A DNA stretch of 64,000 nt from Candidatus Caldatribacterium sp. (GCF_025060675.1 NZ_JANXBI010000036.1), one strand, 5' to 3'; shown: positions 1-10,685, numbered from the stretch's first letter. Program-made: numbers and translations. Notes: generated by a model from the letters alone, not told the origin.

Positions 1-1
1 G

Positions 2-1258
2 GAGGACCCCTTTGAGCACTTCGGCCTCATCGCTCCCCAGGGGTTGCGGCCAGACCCTCTGCCTTTCGATGCCAAGGTCATCCTCATTGGTGATGAGTAC
101 GTCTATCGGATTCTCACGCTCTTTGACGAGGATTTCCGGGACCTCTTTAAGGTCAAGGTGGAGTTCGACTACGAAGTCCGCAAGGACGAAAGCATCGTGA
201 CTTCCTTTGCCTGTTTTGTGCGACGGATCTGCCTTGAGGAGAAACTCTTGCCCTTTGACCGTACTGGGGTGGCAAAGCTTTTAGAGTACGCCTCTCGCCT
301 TGTTTCCCACAAGGAAAAGCTGAGCACCCGCTTTGGGTTTTTGCGAGATATCCTGTGCGAGGCTGATTTTTGGGCAAGGCAGGATGGAGCAACGAGGGTG
401 TACGACCGCCATGTGGTGAAGGCGGTAGAGTCCCGAAGGAAGCGCTTGAGCCTCCTTGCCGAGAAAATCGACGAGTTCATCAAGGAAGATGTTCTTCTCA
501 TCGACACTGAAGGGGCGGTGGTGGGTCAGGTCAACGGCCTTGCGGTGTACGACCTTGGCGACTTCAGCTTCGGTCGGCCTTCCCGCATCACTGCCCGAAC
601 TTACCTTGGCCGGCAAGGTGTTGTGAACATCGAGCGGGAGTCGCGCCTGAGTGGCCGCATCCACGACAAAGGTGTCCTCATCATGAGTGGGTACCTGGGG
701 TACCGCTACGCTCAGGACAAACCCCTGTCGATTTCGGCAAGCATCTGCTTTGAGCAGTCCTACGAGGGGGTTGAGGGGGATAGCGCCTCCCTTGCGGAGA
801 CTTGTGCGATTCTCTCTGACCTTGCGGGAGTCCCCATTCGTCAGGACATTGCCGTCACCGGGTCCATCAACCAAAAGGGGGAGGTCCAGGCAGTCGGGGG
901 TGTGAACCAGAAGATTGAGGGGTTTTTCCGGGCTTGTAAGATGAAGGGGTTCACCGGGACGCAGGGGGTGATCATCCCAAGGAGCAACGTCCAAAACCTC
1001 ATGCTCGATGAAGAGGTCGTTCAGGCGGTCCGGGAGGGGAAGTTCCACATCTACGCGGTCTCTTCGGTCGATGAGGCCATGGAGATTCTCACCGGTCTCC
1101 CAGCAGGGAAACGGAAGGAGGATGGGAAGTTTGAGGAGGGGACGGTCAACGACCTCGTCGACCGGAAGCTCCGCAAGGCGTTAGAGCTCTTGCAACACTT
1201 TGAGGAGAAGAGGGAAGAAAAGCCTAAAGGGGAAAGGGAGAACGAGAACGCTCAATAA
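2..1258 (+). CDS. Lon-like ATP-dependent protease, C-terminal part (5' end lies outside the window)
   Basis: The reading frame is open from the window edge. It has an S16 Lon proteolytic domain: GQVNGLAV, HDKGVLIMSGYL, EGDSASLAE (catalytic Ser context) and GGVNQKIEGF (catalytic Lys context). It resembles LonB/YcbZ-type Lon homologues. Confidence 0.8.
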   Translation, partial: EDPFEHFGLIAPQGLRPDPLPFDAKVILIGDEYVYRILTLFDEDFRDLFKVKVEFDYEVRKDESIVTSFACFVRRICLEEKLLPFDRTGVAKLLEYASRLVSHKEKLSTRFGFLRDILCEADFWARQDGATRVYDRHVVKAVESRRKRLSLLAEKIDEFIKEDVLLIDTEGAVVGQVNGLAVYDLGDFSFGRPSRITARTYLGRQGVVNIERESRLSGRIHDKGVLIMSGYLGYRYAQDKPLSISASICFEQSYEGVEGDSASLAETCAILSDLAGVPIRQDIAVTGSINQKGEVQAVGGVNQKIEGFFRACKMKGFTGTQGVIIPRSNVQNLMLDEEVVQAVREGKFHIYAVSSVDEAMEILTGLPAGKRKEDGKFEEGTVNDLVDRKLRKALELLQHFEEKREEKPKGERENENAQ

Positions 1259-1261
1259 TTC

Positions 1262-2626
1262 ATGTCTCTCCTTCTGAGCGAGGATGTTGCTTCACGCATA
1301 GAGGATTCGAAGCTACGCGAGGACCTCAAATTCGTTACCCTTGGTATTTGTTTTGGCATCGTTTTTGTCAACGTTACCACAGGTGCTCCGGTGGCTGGCT
1401 TTGCCCGGGTGCTCGGATTTGGGGATTTCCTCTATGCGGTTCTCCTTGCCCTGCCAGTTTTGGGCGGAGCGTTCCAGATTTTTGCCTCCTTTGTCCTTGA
1501 GCGGACGGGGAAACGGAAGCTTGCCTTCCTCCTTGGGGGTTTGGCCAATCGCGTTCCCTGGCTTTTCGTGGCCCTTTTGCCCTTGTGGGTGCAGCACACA
1601 AGAGTGCTCCTTGGGCCTTTTACAGGGCTTCTTCTCACCACTGCCATCGGTGGGGCTTTCCTTGCGGTGAGTTTCATGTCCTGGATGGCGGACCTTGTGC
1701 CCTTGGAGCTCCGGGGACGGTTCTTTGGGCACCGAAGCCTCCTTGGAACGGTGGCTTCTCTGGGGAGTGGCCTCTGCATCGGGTGGTTTTTGGACGTTTT
1801 CAGGAGTATCACCGGTTTTTCTGTGATTCTTGCTGTAGCGGCCCTCCTTGGGGTCGGTGACATCCTCTGTTTTCTCCGGGTGCAGGACCCCCCTATGGAG
1901 CGGGATACGGGATTTCGAGGGGACATCGTTCGTTTCTTCCGGGAGGTTCTCGGGCATCCAACCTTTTCCCGATTCCTTGTCTTTGCCGTTTTCTGGTACT
2001 TCGCCTTTAACGTTGCCTCGCCCTTCTTCAACCTCTACATGATTCGAGACCTTGGAATGAGCTTTTTCCAAATTGCCCTCTACGTTCAGGCGGTGGCGAA
2101 CTGTACGACCCTTTTCTCCATTCGCCTCTTTGGCCGTCTCACCGACCGCTTTGGGAACCTCCCCATAACCTTTGTGGCGACGTCTGTGGCTTCGTTCCTT
2201 CCGGTGCTTTGGTGCTTCACTAACGAGGTGAACTGGCGGGGTGTTGTCCTAGTCATTCAGATTCTTGCGGGGATTTTCTGGCCGGCTATTGACCTTGCGG
2301 TGAACAACCTCGCTTTGAAGCTTTCGCCGGATCTCCACCGCTCTTTCTACATTGCGGTTTTCAACCTCTTCCTTGGGGTTTTTGGGAATGCCCTGGGGTA
2401 CCTTGTGGGGGGAGCGATTCTTGAGTCGGTGGCACCGTACCTTGCCCGTGTGGTGACGGGGTTGGGTCTCCGGTTTTCCCCATACTTTGTCGTCTTCCTC
2501 CTCTCTGCTCTCCTTCGGGCGGTTGCGGTTTTCCTTCTCCTCCCCAAGGTGCGGGAGGAGAGGGCGCTCTCGGTGCAGGAAGTGTGTGCGCTGGTTGCTA
2601 AAGTTCTGCGGAAAAACGCCGATTAA
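1262..2626 (+). CDS. MFS-type transporter
   Basis: 454 aa and very hydrophobic, with about 12 predicted TM segments. It has a basic inter-helix loop (ERTGKRK) typical of the MFS motif A region. The substrate is unknown. Confidence 0.7.
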   Translation: MSLLLSEDVASRIEDSKLREDLKFVTLGICFGIVFVNVTTGAPVAGFARVLGFGDFLYAVLLALPVLGGAFQIFASFVLERTGKRKLAFLLGGLANRVPWLFVALLPLWVQHTRVLLGPFTGLLLTTAIGGAFLAVSFMSWMADLVPLELRGRFFGHRSLLGTVASLGSGLCIGWFLDVFRSITGFSVILAVAALLGVGDILCFLRVQDPPMERDTGFRGDIVRFFREVLGHPTFSRFLVFAVFWYFAFNVASPFFNLYMIRDLGMSFFQIALYVQAVANCTTLFSIRLFGRLTDRFGNLPITFVATSVASFLPVLWCFTNEVNWRGVVLVIQILAGIFWPAIDLAVNNLALKLSPDLHRSFYIAVFNLFLGVFGNALGYLVGGAILESVAPYLARVVTGLGLRFSPYFVVFLLSALLRAVAVFLLLPKVREERALSVQEVCALVAKVLRKNAD

Positions 2627-2665
2627 GAGGTTAAGGAGGTCAAGAAAAAGAGGGGAGAGAGGTGT

Positions 2666-4768
2666 ATGCGCAGGAGTCTTCAAGGGAAGCTCATGGCGTG
2701 GTTTCTCGTTTTCTCCCTTATTCCTCTTGCCTTTCTTGCCCTGTATGGTCTTGCGGCGTTCCAGCGATCGCTCTCCCAAGCGTACGAGGGACAGCTTCTG
2801 GCCATTGCCGATGCAGCAGCCTTTGGCATTAACCTCTGGATTGAGACGAAGTTAGCAGGCATCCGGGAAACGGGAAAGGACCCGCAGGCCGAGTGGGGGT
2901 ATTGGGTGGATTTGAGTGGTGTTGCGACAAGTGCCCTAGGGAAGGAGGCGGACTTAAGCAACGAGCCAGCCTTTCGGCAGCTCCTTGAAACTCAGAAGGA
3001 GGCGGTTTCTCAGGTCTTCATCTCCCCCGATACGGGGAAGCGGGTTGTGCATTTGCTCCTCCCGAAATTTGTCGGAGAAAAACTCATCGGGGCAACGGGG
3101 AACCAAATTCCTGTCGAGGATCTCGACAAGCTCATCGCGACCATTAAAATAGGGGAAACCGGTTATGGGTACCTTGTCGACCAGTCTGGAGCCATCGTTT
3201 CCCATCCCAATCCAGAAAAAGTCCTCAAAGAGAACGTGCTCTCTGGCTCTTCTGAGGCGCTCAACGCCTTTGGGAAGGAGATGTTTGCCAAAAGCCGGGG
3301 TGTAGCCCACTACACCTACGAAGGGGTACCAAAGGTAGCGGCTTTTGCTCCTGTTCCGGTAGCTGGGTGGTATGTTGTCGCCACTGCGCCAGATGCTGAA
3401 ATCTACGCCCCCATTTTGGCCATGCGGAACCTCATCATCCTCGTCATTGCCGTAGTCGGGGCAACCGTGGGGTACCTCTCAAGGTACATTGCCCGGCGCA
3501 TTGCTTCTGGGGTGAGAAAGGTTACCGGGATTGTGGAGGAGGTGGCCCGGGGGAACCTGGGTGTGGACACCACCGCAGTGGCGCAAATCGGTGAGCGTAG
3601 CAAGGATGAGGTTGGGACCCTTGCTCGGGCGTTTACGGAAATGGTGGCTAACCTCCGAACCCTTGTGCAGGAGATTTTCCAGGGAGCTTCCTTTTTGTCC
3701 TCTTCGAGCACAGAGCTTTTCACCTCCATTGAAGAGGTGGCCAAGGCGACTCAGGAGATTGCCCACACCGTTGCTCAAGTGGCCCAGGGGTCCACTCGCC
3801 AGAGTGAGGACTTGCAGGGGATCGCGGATCGGGCGAATCGGGTCCGGGAACGGGCGGAGAACCTCCGCAGGGCGACGGAGCGCAACGTGAAGCTGTTGCA
3901 GGAGATGGAAGAGCGCTTCCGGGAGAGCCTTGAGGCGCTGAAGCGTATTGCCTCGGGGATCCAGGCGGTATCGGAGGAAGGGAGAAAAACCGAAAGGGAG
4001 GCTCGACAGGGGCAGCAAGTGCTTGCCCTCCTTCGGGAAAGCGTCCTCTCCCTTTCCCAGGTCTCCCGGGAGGTGGCCGAAAGCATTGAAACTCTAGAGA
4101 ACCGTTCCCAGGAGATTGGGAAAATCGTTGACCTCATCACCGGGATTGCTGAGCAGACGAACCTCCTTGCCCTGAACGCGGCGATTGAGGCTGCTCGAGC
4201 AGGAGAAGCAGGACGGGGCTTTGCCGTGGTGGCAGAGGAGGTTCGCAAACTTGCCGAGAGCTCTGCCCAAGCGGCTCAGCAGATTGCCAACCTCGTCCGT
4301 GAAATCCAAGGCGACACCCGGAAAGCCGTGGAGCGAATGGAGAAAGCTGAGTCGCAGGTGGCGGCTGGTGTTGCCCAGACGGATGAGGCCGTAAAGAGCT
4401 TCTCCACCATTCTCTCCGCCATGCAGGGTGTGCTCACCGAGACAGAGTCTTTAGTCGCTTCCTTTGATGTGGCACAGAAAGCCCAAGAGGCGACGAAAAA
4501 GAGCGAGGAGGAAGTGCTTGCCCTCTCCCTTGACAACGCGAAGCTCATCGAAGACATCGCCCAGGACATCAGCAGCATCTCAGACAGCCTCTCCTCCATC
4601 GCTGCGGTGGCCGAAGAGAATGCCACCTCAAGTGAAGAGGTGTCGGCTTCCACCGAGGAGCAGAGTGCTTCGTTAGAAGAAATCCGCTCAGCTGTTGAAG
4701 AGCTCATGCGTCTTGCCGGGAATCTTGAGGCGCTCATCCGGAGGTTCCGTCTGGAAAAAAGTTCGTGA
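2666..4768 (+). CDS. Methyl-accepting chemotaxis protein (Cache-type sensor, HAMP, MCP signalling domain)
   Basis: An N-terminal TM helix is followed by a periplasmic Cache-like region ([16 protein letters not shown]), a second TM helix and a HAMP domain. The conserved MCP hairpin is present: [35 protein letters not shown]. An SD-like sequence (gaggggagagaggtg) sits upstream. Confidence 0.9.
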   Translation: MRRSLQGKLMAWFLVFSLIPLAFLALYGLAAFQRSLSQAYEGQLLAIADAAAFGINLWIETKLAGIRETGKDPQAEWGYWVDLSGVATSALGKEADLSNEPAFRQLLETQKEAVSQVFISPDTGKRVVHLLLPKFVGEKLIGATGNQIPVEDLDKLIATIKIGETGYGYLVDQSGAIVSHPNPEKVLKENVLSGSSEALNAFGKEMFAKSRGVAHYTYEGVPKVAAFAPVPVAGWYVVATAPDAEIYAPILAMRNLIILVIAVVGATVGYLSRYIARRIASGVRKVTGIVEEVARGNLGVDTTAVAQIGERSKDEVGTLARAFTEMVANLRTLVQEIFQGASFLSSSSTELFTSIEEVAKATQEIAHTVAQVAQGSTRQSEDLQGIADRANRVRERAENLRRATERNVKLLQEMEERFRESLEALKRIASGIQAVSEEGRKTEREARQGQQVLALLRESVLSLSQVSREVAESIETLENRSQEIGKIVDLITGIAEQTNLLALNAAIEAARAGEAGRGFAVVAEEVRKLAESSAQAAQQIANLVREIQGDTRKAVERMEKAESQVAAGVAQTDEAVKSFSTILSAMQGVLTETESLVASFDVAQKAQEATKKSEEEVLALSLDNAKLIEDIAQDISSISDSLSSIAAVAEENATSSEEVSASTEEQSASLEEIRSAVEELMRLAGNLEALIRRFRLEKSS

Positions 4769-4851
4769 CGGGGAATTGTTCTCCGGAAAATGGGGTAAAA
4801 TATGGGGGAAGGTGTGAAGACGAACACCATCACATAGAGGGAGGAAGTGTT

Positions 4852-5823
4852 ATGCCAGTACACTACACGGAACTGGGCCTTGTGAATACGAAGGAGCTGT
4901 TCCAGAAGGCAAACGAAGGGAAGTACGCCATTCCGGGGTTTAACTTCAACAACATGGAGCAGCTCCAGGCGATCATTATGGCCTGTGTAGAGTGTAATTC
5001 GCCGGTGATTCTCCAAATCTCGAAGGGCGCTCGGCAGTACGCCAACCAGACGCTGCTCCGGTACATGGTGCCAGGAGCGGTGCAGATGGCCCGGGAGATG
5101 GGGAGCAATATCCCTATCGTCCTCAACCTCGACCACGGGGATTCTTTCGAGCTCTGCAAGGCGTGCATCGACAACGGTTTCTCCAACGTCATGATTGACG
5201 GGTCGCACTTGCCCTATGAGGAGAACGTGGCGCTCACAAGGAAAGTTGTGGAGTACGCCCATGCCCATGGGGTCACCGTGGAGGGGGAGCTCGGCGTTCT
5301 TGCTGGGATTGAGGAACACGTGTCGGCTGAGAAGAGCCACTACACCCGCCCGGAGGAGGTTGAGGACTTCGTTGCTCGAACAGGCGTTGATAGCCTTGCC
5401 ATCTCCATTGGGACGTCCCATGGGGCGTACAAGTTCAAGCTGAAGCCTGGGGAACCTTTCCCGGAGCTTCGCTTCGATATCCTTGAAGAGGTGCAGCGCC
5501 GCCTTCCCGGATTCCCCATCGTGCTCCATGGGGCTTCTTCGGTGCTCCAGGAGTACGTGGACATCATCAACAGGTACGGTGGGAAGCTCGAGAACACCGC
5601 AGGGGTTCCGGAGGACCAGATTCGCAAGGCGATTCAGCTTGGGGTGCGGAAGGTGAACATCGACTCCGATGGTCGGCTTGTTTTCACCGCCATGGTTCGC
5701 AAATACCTTGCGGAGCACCCTGAGGAGTTTGACCCACGCAAGTACCTTGGACCTGCCCGGGAAGAGCTCAAGAAGATGTACGTTGAGAAGTGCAAGCTCC
5801 TTGGGAGCGCTGGGAAAGCCTAA
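4852..5823 (+). CDS. fba: Class II fructose-1,6-bisphosphate aldolase
   Basis: The sequence [17 protein letters not shown]...[15 protein letters not shown]...LDHG...GELG...HGAS is typical of the FbaA/TBP aldolase family. The ATG at 4852 is preceded by gagggaggaag. The upstream part of the track ORF (4765-4851) has no homology-like features. Confidence 0.9.
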   Translation: MPVHYTELGLVNTKELFQKANEGKYAIPGFNFNNMEQLQAIIMACVECNSPVILQISKGARQYANQTLLRYMVPGAVQMAREMGSNIPIVLNLDHGDSFELCKACIDNGFSNVMIDGSHLPYEENVALTRKVVEYAHAHGVTVEGELGVLAGIEEHVSAEKSHYTRPEEVEDFVARTGVDSLAISIGTSHGAYKFKLKPGEPFPELRFDILEEVQRRLPGFPIVLHGASSVLQEYVDIINRYGGKLENTAGVPEDQIRKAIQLGVRKVNIDSDGRLVFTAMVRKYLAEHPEEFDPRKYLGPAREELKKMYVEKCKLLGSAGKA

Positions 5824-5826
5824 GGG

Positions 5827-5854
5827 AAGGCCCGGGGTACCCCGGGCCTTTTTG
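5827..5854 (+). terminator. Rho-independent terminator or attenuator after fba
   Basis: A perfect 24-nt GC-rich palindrome, aaggcccggggtaccccgggcctt (5827-5850), is followed by a T run. Confidence 0.75.
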
Positions 5855-5873
5855 CTTTCTGAGGGGTGGGAGC

Positions 5874-6527
5874 ATGAAAATCTTCCTTGATACGGCGCAG
5901 GTTGATGAAATCAAAAAGGCGCTCGATTTGGGCATTCTCGATGGGGTGACGACGAACCCGACCCTTGTGGCGAAAACCGGTCGAGGGTTTCGGGAGGTCA
6001 TCCTCGACATCTGCCGCCTCGTTCCTGGTCCGGTTTCGGCGGAGGTGGTGAGCACCACTGCCGAGGGAATGGTTCGGGAAGGAAGGGAGCTCGCCTCCTG
6101 GGCGTCGAATATTGTGGTGAAGATTCCCCTGACGGAAGAGGGATTGAAGGCTATTCGGGTCCTTGCGGGAGAGGGAATCAAGGTGAACACGACGCTCATC
6201 TTCCAGCCCCTTCAGGCGCTCCTTGCGGCAAAGGCAGGGGCAGCGTACGTAAGTCCCTTTGTCGGTCGGCTTGACGATGTGGCGAGCGAAGGCCTGCGCC
6301 TTGTGGCCGATATCCTAACAATCCTTCGCAACTACCACTACCAGACGGAAGTCATTGTCGCTTCGGTTCGGCACCCAGGGCATGTCCTTGAGGCTGCCCG
6401 TCTTGGTGCCCATATCGTCACCATGCCCTTTGCGGTGCTCCAGCAGCTTGTGAAACACCCCTTCACCGATGTGGGGTTGCAGCGGTTTCTCGCCGATTGG
6501 GAGAAGGTGCCGGAGAAACCCTTTTAG
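5874..6527 (+). CDS. tal: Short-form transaldolase / fructose-6-phosphate aldolase family protein
   Basis: [31 protein letters not shown]...VVKIP (Schiff-base Lys context)...TLIF...SPFVGR. The size of about 217 aa fits the TalC/Fsa subfamily. The ATG at 5874 is preceded by gaggggtggg. Confidence 0.9.
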   Translation: MKIFLDTAQVDEIKKALDLGILDGVTTNPTLVAKTGRGFREVILDICRLVPGPVSAEVVSTTAEGMVREGRELASWASNIVVKIPLTEEGLKAIRVLAGEGIKVNTTLIFQPLQALLAAKAGAAYVSPFVGRLDDVASEGLRLVADILTILRNYHYQTEVIVASVRHPGHVLEAARLGAHIVTMPFAVLQQLVKHPFTDVGLQRFLADWEKVPEKPF

Positions 6528-7126
6528 CGCCTCCTCTTTCCCATGAGGTTTCCCGCAAAGAACTCCATGGCTTCTTGCCAAGAACGGGCTTCCTGGGGTT
6601 CTACGGGGAGCCCGCTTTTGTGGTAGTCGAACTTCGTGATGAATGCCAAGAGGTGGTCGGCAATTCGTCTGAGGGTCTTTCGGGTTTGGTTGGCGAGTGC
6701 CCCTTTCAGGGGCTCGGGAAGCCGGGCAAGATGCGGGAGGCAGAGGAAGGTTTCCTCACCCCATGCGGGGGTAAGGTCCTCAAAGTGGGTGGTGAGAAGG
6801 TGAATGAGGTGAGCCAGATGCTCCTCCCAGTCCTGACACACCAGGCAACGTTGTGGGTTTGGTACCTCGTGGGAAGCGAGGTACTGTTCCAAGAGGTCCT
6901 GGTACACGATGGCGATCCCAAGAATCGAAGGACGGAGGAGGAAAAGCCGCTCTGTGTGGGTTTTGCAGAATCCCCCAGAACGGATTTTCTCCCGTACGCC
7001 ACAGTCGGTGACGAACTCGTAAAAGAGGGTATCGAGGAACCGCCTTGTGTGGTCTTCCTCGAGCCGGCAGAGGAAACATCCTGGTTCACTGAGCGCTTCC
7101 CGAAGCTCAAACAATGTTCGGTCCAT
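6524..7126 (-). CDS. Cys-rich hypothetical protein (DUF6062-like)
   Basis: 200 aa with N-terminal CFLC...C...CKTH and a central CLVC...H pattern, which recalls the DUF6062 family. The call is from memory of that family's pattern only. Confidence 0.45.
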   Translation of the reverse strand: MDRTLFELREALSEPGCFLCRLEEDHTRRFLDTLFYEFVTDCGVREKIRSGGFCKTHTERLFLLRPSILGIAIVYQDLLEQYLASHEVPNPQRCLVCQDWEEHLAHLIHLLTTHFEDLTPAWGEETFLCLPHLARLPEPLKGALANQTRKTLRRIADHLLAFITKFDYHKSGLPVEPQEARSWQEAMEFFAGNLMGKRRR

Positions 7127-7187
7127 GGTTTGCCTCCCTTGCAGAACGTGTTGTCCTCCCTATTCTACCTGAAAGGGGGGAGAAGGG

Positions 7188-7883
7188 ATGCGGAAAAGGG
7201 GCGTCATCGTGGTGGTTGGCGGGGAAAAACGGGTCGCGCAGTTTGCCCTTGCCTTGAGTCGGCTCCTGAAAGCTCGGTGTGTGTTCTGTGAGGCTGCTTC
7301 CGGGGAACCTTTTCTTGTGGGGAAGAGGGTTGCTTTAGCTCTTGTGCCAAAGGTCTTTGCGTATCCTTTCTTTTGCATCGCGCAGGACCACGCATTCACG
7401 GGAGGGTTCGTGGCAGGTTTGGTACGGTCCCTCTCCCTTTTCCCGTACCTTTTTGTTCTTGACGCCCATCTTGACCTTTTCTCCTTACCGACTCCCTCTT
7501 TTCCAGTCCACCGGGGGAATTTCCTGGCGTATCTCCTGGAACGGGAACGATTCCCAGAGGATCGCCTTTTCGTGTGTTCGGATGGAGCCACCTTCCGCGA
7601 GCTCGGGAAGCGGATTGCTACCCTTCCCCCTGGATTGTTCTACCTCTCCTGGGACGTGGACTTTGGGTTCCCTGAGGTGGCGTACTTTCCAGGGAAGGTG
7701 CCCTGTGCCTGCCTTGAGGAGCTCTTCGCCAACTTTGCGGCATGCTGTCGGGAGAGGAAGTTCCGTTTCCTTGGAGGGGACCTTGTGGAGCTCAACCCCA
7801 AGAGCATTCGGGATCCCCTCGGGTTTGCGTTTCGGGTGTCTCGCTGCCTTGCGCCATTTTTCATGGAGGAGGAAAACGTATGA
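7188..7883 (+). CDS. Short arginase/agmatinase-fold (ureohydrolase family) protein
   Basis: Family metal-binding motifs occur in the canonical order: AQDHAF (in place of GGDHS), LDAHLD, HRGNF, SWDVDFG and GGDLVELNP. At 231 aa it is shorter than typical members. Confidence 0.5.
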   Translation: MRKRGVIVVVGGEKRVAQFALALSRLLKARCVFCEAASGEPFLVGKRVALALVPKVFAYPFFCIAQDHAFTGGFVAGLVRSLSLFPYLFVLDAHLDLFSLPTPSFPVHRGNFLAYLLERERFPEDRLFVCSDGATFRELGKRIATLPPGLFYLSWDVDFGFPEVAYFPGKVPCACLEELFANFAACCRERKFRFLGGDLVELNPKSIRDPLGFAFRVSRCLAPFFMEEENV

Positions 7884-8947
7884 AGGTTTTCGTTTCCGTC
7901 CTTTGCGGTGTGGTGCTTCTTCTTTCCTGGACTTGTGGGGCCTTTCCCCTTGACCCCCTTGACCAGGCACAGCTTTTCCTGGAAGCGGGGAATGTCGACC
8001 AGGCCATAGCGCTCCTTGAGCCTCTTGTGGAACAGGATGCCGACCCAGAATACCTTGGTGACGTGGTGGAGCTTTTGGATTCCCTTTTTATGGAAAAGGG
8101 GGAAGTGGAAAAAGCCCTTGCCGTACTGCAGAAGTACGTCGCTCGCTTCCCCCATGCTTCCCGGTCGTACCTTTTCCGGTACTGGATGGCCAAACACGAA
8201 GAAGAGCTTGGGAGGGATGACAGGGCTCTTGCGCTCCTTGAGGAGCTCATGCGCCTCCTCCCCCCAGAGGACCCCTTTGCCCTTCGAGTGCAGGTGGCTG
8301 CAGACCTTGCCTACCTATTCCGGTACAAGAAGAAGGATCCTCAAAAGGCGCTTGCGATGTACAAGGAGGTTATGGAGCTTTCGGACAATCCTGAGGAGAA
8401 GCTCCAGGCCAAGATGTCCTCTGGGTTGTGCTACGAAGACCTTGGGGAAGTGGAGCAAGCGCTTGCGCTCTACAGAGAGATGGTGCAAGAGGCTCCAGGG
8501 TCATTCTTTGAGCGCTTTGCCCGTCTGCGGATTGTGTACCTTACCAATCCCCCGGAGAGGCGCTTTGCGAGCCAAGAAGAACTTGTCCGAGAACTCCGAG
8601 AGGCTCTCCAGGCGAAGGACTTGAATCGTCTGAAACGTCTCGCCAAAAAGGGGGATTTTTGGAGTGGTGTGAACTTCAGTGAATTCGATGTGGATGACGC
8701 CTCAGCAGTCCTTGAGTACTTTGCCCGGTACTTGCCTCAAGCTTCCCACCTTGTGATTGCCGAAAAACCTAAGGAACACGACGATTCGTGGGTCCTACGG
8801 GTTGAAGGATGGAGCGATCCGGAGTACAATATCTTGTACCTTGTGCTTGCAGAGGGTCGCTACGGGTGGGAGTGGAAGGGCGTCATCCTCTCGAGCACGA
8901 CCCTTGAAGCCTGCCAGGAAAGCAGTGAGGTGCCCCATGGATATTGA
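7880..8947 (+). CDS. Secreted TPR-repeat protein with an uncharacterised C-terminal domain
   Basis: The ATG at 7880 overlaps the stop of the preceding gene. It has a signal-peptide-like N-terminus (MKVFVSVLCGVVLLLSWTCGAF) and several TPR-like helical repeats (A..Y......G....A). Confidence 0.6.
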   Translation: MKVFVSVLCGVVLLLSWTCGAFPLDPLDQAQLFLEAGNVDQAIALLEPLVEQDADPEYLGDVVELLDSLFMEKGEVEKALAVLQKYVARFPHASRSYLFRYWMAKHEEELGRDDRALALLEELMRLLPPEDPFALRVQVAADLAYLFRYKKKDPQKALAMYKEVMELSDNPEEKLQAKMSSGLCYEDLGEVEQALALYREMVQEAPGSFFERFARLRIVYLTNPPERRFASQEELVRELREALQAKDLNRLKRLAKKGDFWSGVNFSEFDVDDASAVLEYFARYLPQASHLVIAEKPKEHDDSWVLRVEGWSDPEYNILYLVLAEGRYGWEWKGVILSSTTLEACQESSEVPHGY

Positions 8948-10304
8948 GGTTGTGCGGGAAGATATTGCCCCTTTTGCAGAGCGGATTGTGGGCCTTCTTG
9001 AGGAAGGTCGCTACAACGAGGTGAAACAGGAGGTCAACGTCCTCCATCCGGCAGATATTGCCGAACTCATGGGACTTGTGGATTCCCAGAAGCAGGTCAT
9101 GCTCTTCCGACTTTTGAAGAAAGACCTTGCCATTGCCGTTTTCGAGCAGCTCGACTTTGAGCACCAGGAAAACCTCCTCCGCCACTTTACCGATGAGAAA
9201 GTCGCGGAAATCCTCAACCAGATGTCTCCGGATGACCGCATGGAGCTTTTTGATGAACTCCCGGCGAAGGTGGTGAAGAAGCTCCTCAACCTCCTTGAGC
9301 CGGCACAGCGCGACATTGCCGCAAGCATGCTCGGATACCCCGAGAACAGCGCTGGACGCATCATGAACCCCCGGGTGGTGGACCTTAAGGAGTACTACAC
9401 GGTGGAGCAGGCCCTGAAACGTTTCCGCCGGCTCAACCCTCCTGAAGAACTCTCGTACACTGCCTACGTCACCGATGCCCAAAGGCGCCTGCTTGGGCAG
9501 GTATCCCTGCGGGACCTCGTCCTTGCCGACCCGGAAAGCCAAATCGGGGAGATTATGAACCGGGAGGTGATATTCGTTTCCACCGATGACGACCAGGAGA
9601 AGGTTGCCCAAATCATCCAAAAGTACGACCTTGTGGCTGTTCCGGTGGTCGATCGGGAAGGACGCCTTGTTGGGGCGGTAACGGTTGACGATGCTATCGA
9701 TATCATCGAGGCAGAGGCCACCGAGGATATTCATCGCTTGGCGGCTATCCGCACCACCGAGGATGAGTACCTCCGTGCCCCGCTTTGGAGGAAAATCAAA
9801 AACCGCTTCATCTGGCTTGCGGTGCTCCTCATTATGGGGACGCTTACAAGCTTCGTCATGCAAGGGTTTTCGAGCATCATTCAGGCGGTTGTAGCCCTCT
9901 CCTTCTTCGTTCCCATGCTCATCGATACGGGGGGGAATGTGGGGAGCCAGTCGACAACCGTGGTGGTTCGAGGTCTGGCGGTTGGGGAGCTTGAGGGGAA
10001 GACCCTGTGGAAAGTGGTGCTCGCCGAAACCCTCATTGGGGGGATTCTGGGGATTCTCCTTGGCGTCATTGGTGTCATTCGGGTTGTCTTCTTGAGGGAA
10101 TCCCCCCTCATCGGGCTTGTGGTGGGATGCTCCATTTTCGTCATCGTCTTTGTCTCCAACCTCATTGGGGTTTTCCTTCCGGTGCTCTTCAAGAAGATGC
10201 GCCTTGACCCAGCCATTGCCGCCACCCCGGTCATCACGACCATTGTGGATATCATCGGCGTTCTCATCTACTTCCGTATCGCTCAGGCCTTCCTTCGCTT
10301 TTGA
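8937..10304 (+). CDS. mgtE: Magnesium transporter MgtE
   Basis: It has the N-domain, tandem CBS domains (VPVVDREGRLVGAVTVDD) and a C-terminal 5-TM domain with PMLIDTGGNVGSQS. The ATG at 8937 overlaps the end of the TPR gene by 11 nt. Confidence 0.9.
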   Translation: MDIEVVREDIAPFAERIVGLLEEGRYNEVKQEVNVLHPADIAELMGLVDSQKQVMLFRLLKKDLAIAVFEQLDFEHQENLLRHFTDEKVAEILNQMSPDDRMELFDELPAKVVKKLLNLLEPAQRDIAASMLGYPENSAGRIMNPRVVDLKEYYTVEQALKRFRRLNPPEELSYTAYVTDAQRRLLGQVSLRDLVLADPESQIGEIMNREVIFVSTDDDQEKVAQIIQKYDLVAVPVVDREGRLVGAVTVDDAIDIIEAEATEDIHRLAAIRTTEDEYLRAPLWRKIKNRFIWLAVLLIMGTLTSFVMQGFSSIIQAVVALSFFVPMLIDTGGNVGSQSTTVVVRGLAVGELEGKTLWKVVLAETLIGGILGILLGVIGVIRVVFLRESPLIGLVVGCSIFVIVFVSNLIGVFLPVLFKKMRLDPAIAATPVITTIVDIIGVLIYFRIAQAFLRF

Positions 10305-10314
10305 GCTTCCTCGG

Positions 10315-10343
10315 TTGACACCGGAGGGGGCTTCTGGTACTCT
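10315..10343 (+). promoter_or_regulatory. Candidate sigma-70-type promoter for the lipoprotein pair
   Basis: TTGACA (10315-10320), a 17-nt spacer, then TACTCT (10338-10343), located directly after the mgtE stop. Confidence 0.4.
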
Positions 10344-10372
10344 CCCTGTAGAACGTGGTGAGGAGGGAGAGG

Positions 10373-10678
10373 ATGAGAAGGTTCCTCATTCCTGGGATGC
10401 TCTTGGGTGCACTCCTTTGCCTTTCGGGCTGCACATTCACCGCGATTATTCCCGTCGCCTATGGTACAGCTCAGATTTGTTCAGGGAGCCCGAGTGTGTA
10501 CGGTGAGCTCTACGTCGATGGGCGGTACGTTGGGTACCTCGAGCCGAACGAGTGCCTTTTTGTGGACGACCTTCTCCTTGGGGAAGAGCACATCGCCCGG
10601 GTTTACCACCCCTGGGGTGGTGTCTACTCTCAGCGATTCTACCTGAGCGCTTCGGGACAGATTGTGACGATTGACTGA
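10373..10678 (+). CDS. Small lipoprotein, PEGA-like
   Basis: It has a lipobox (LLCLSGC) and the motif YVDGRYVGYLEP...LLLGEEHIARV, which resembles a PEGA domain. The ATG at 10373 is preceded by gaggagggagagg. The track ORF starts at a GTG at 10355. Confidence 0.55.
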   Translation: MRRFLIPGMLLGALLCLSGCTFTAIIPVAYGTAQICSGSPSVYGELYVDGRYVGYLEPNECLFVDDLLLGEEHIARVYHPWGGVYSQRFYLSASGQIVTID

Positions 10679-10685
10679 GCGGACG

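Noticed and set aside
4276-5718. A 480-aa minus-strand ORF spanning the end of the MCP gene and fba.
   Set aside because: It is antisense to two well-supported genes and crosses their intergenic region. No motifs are present.
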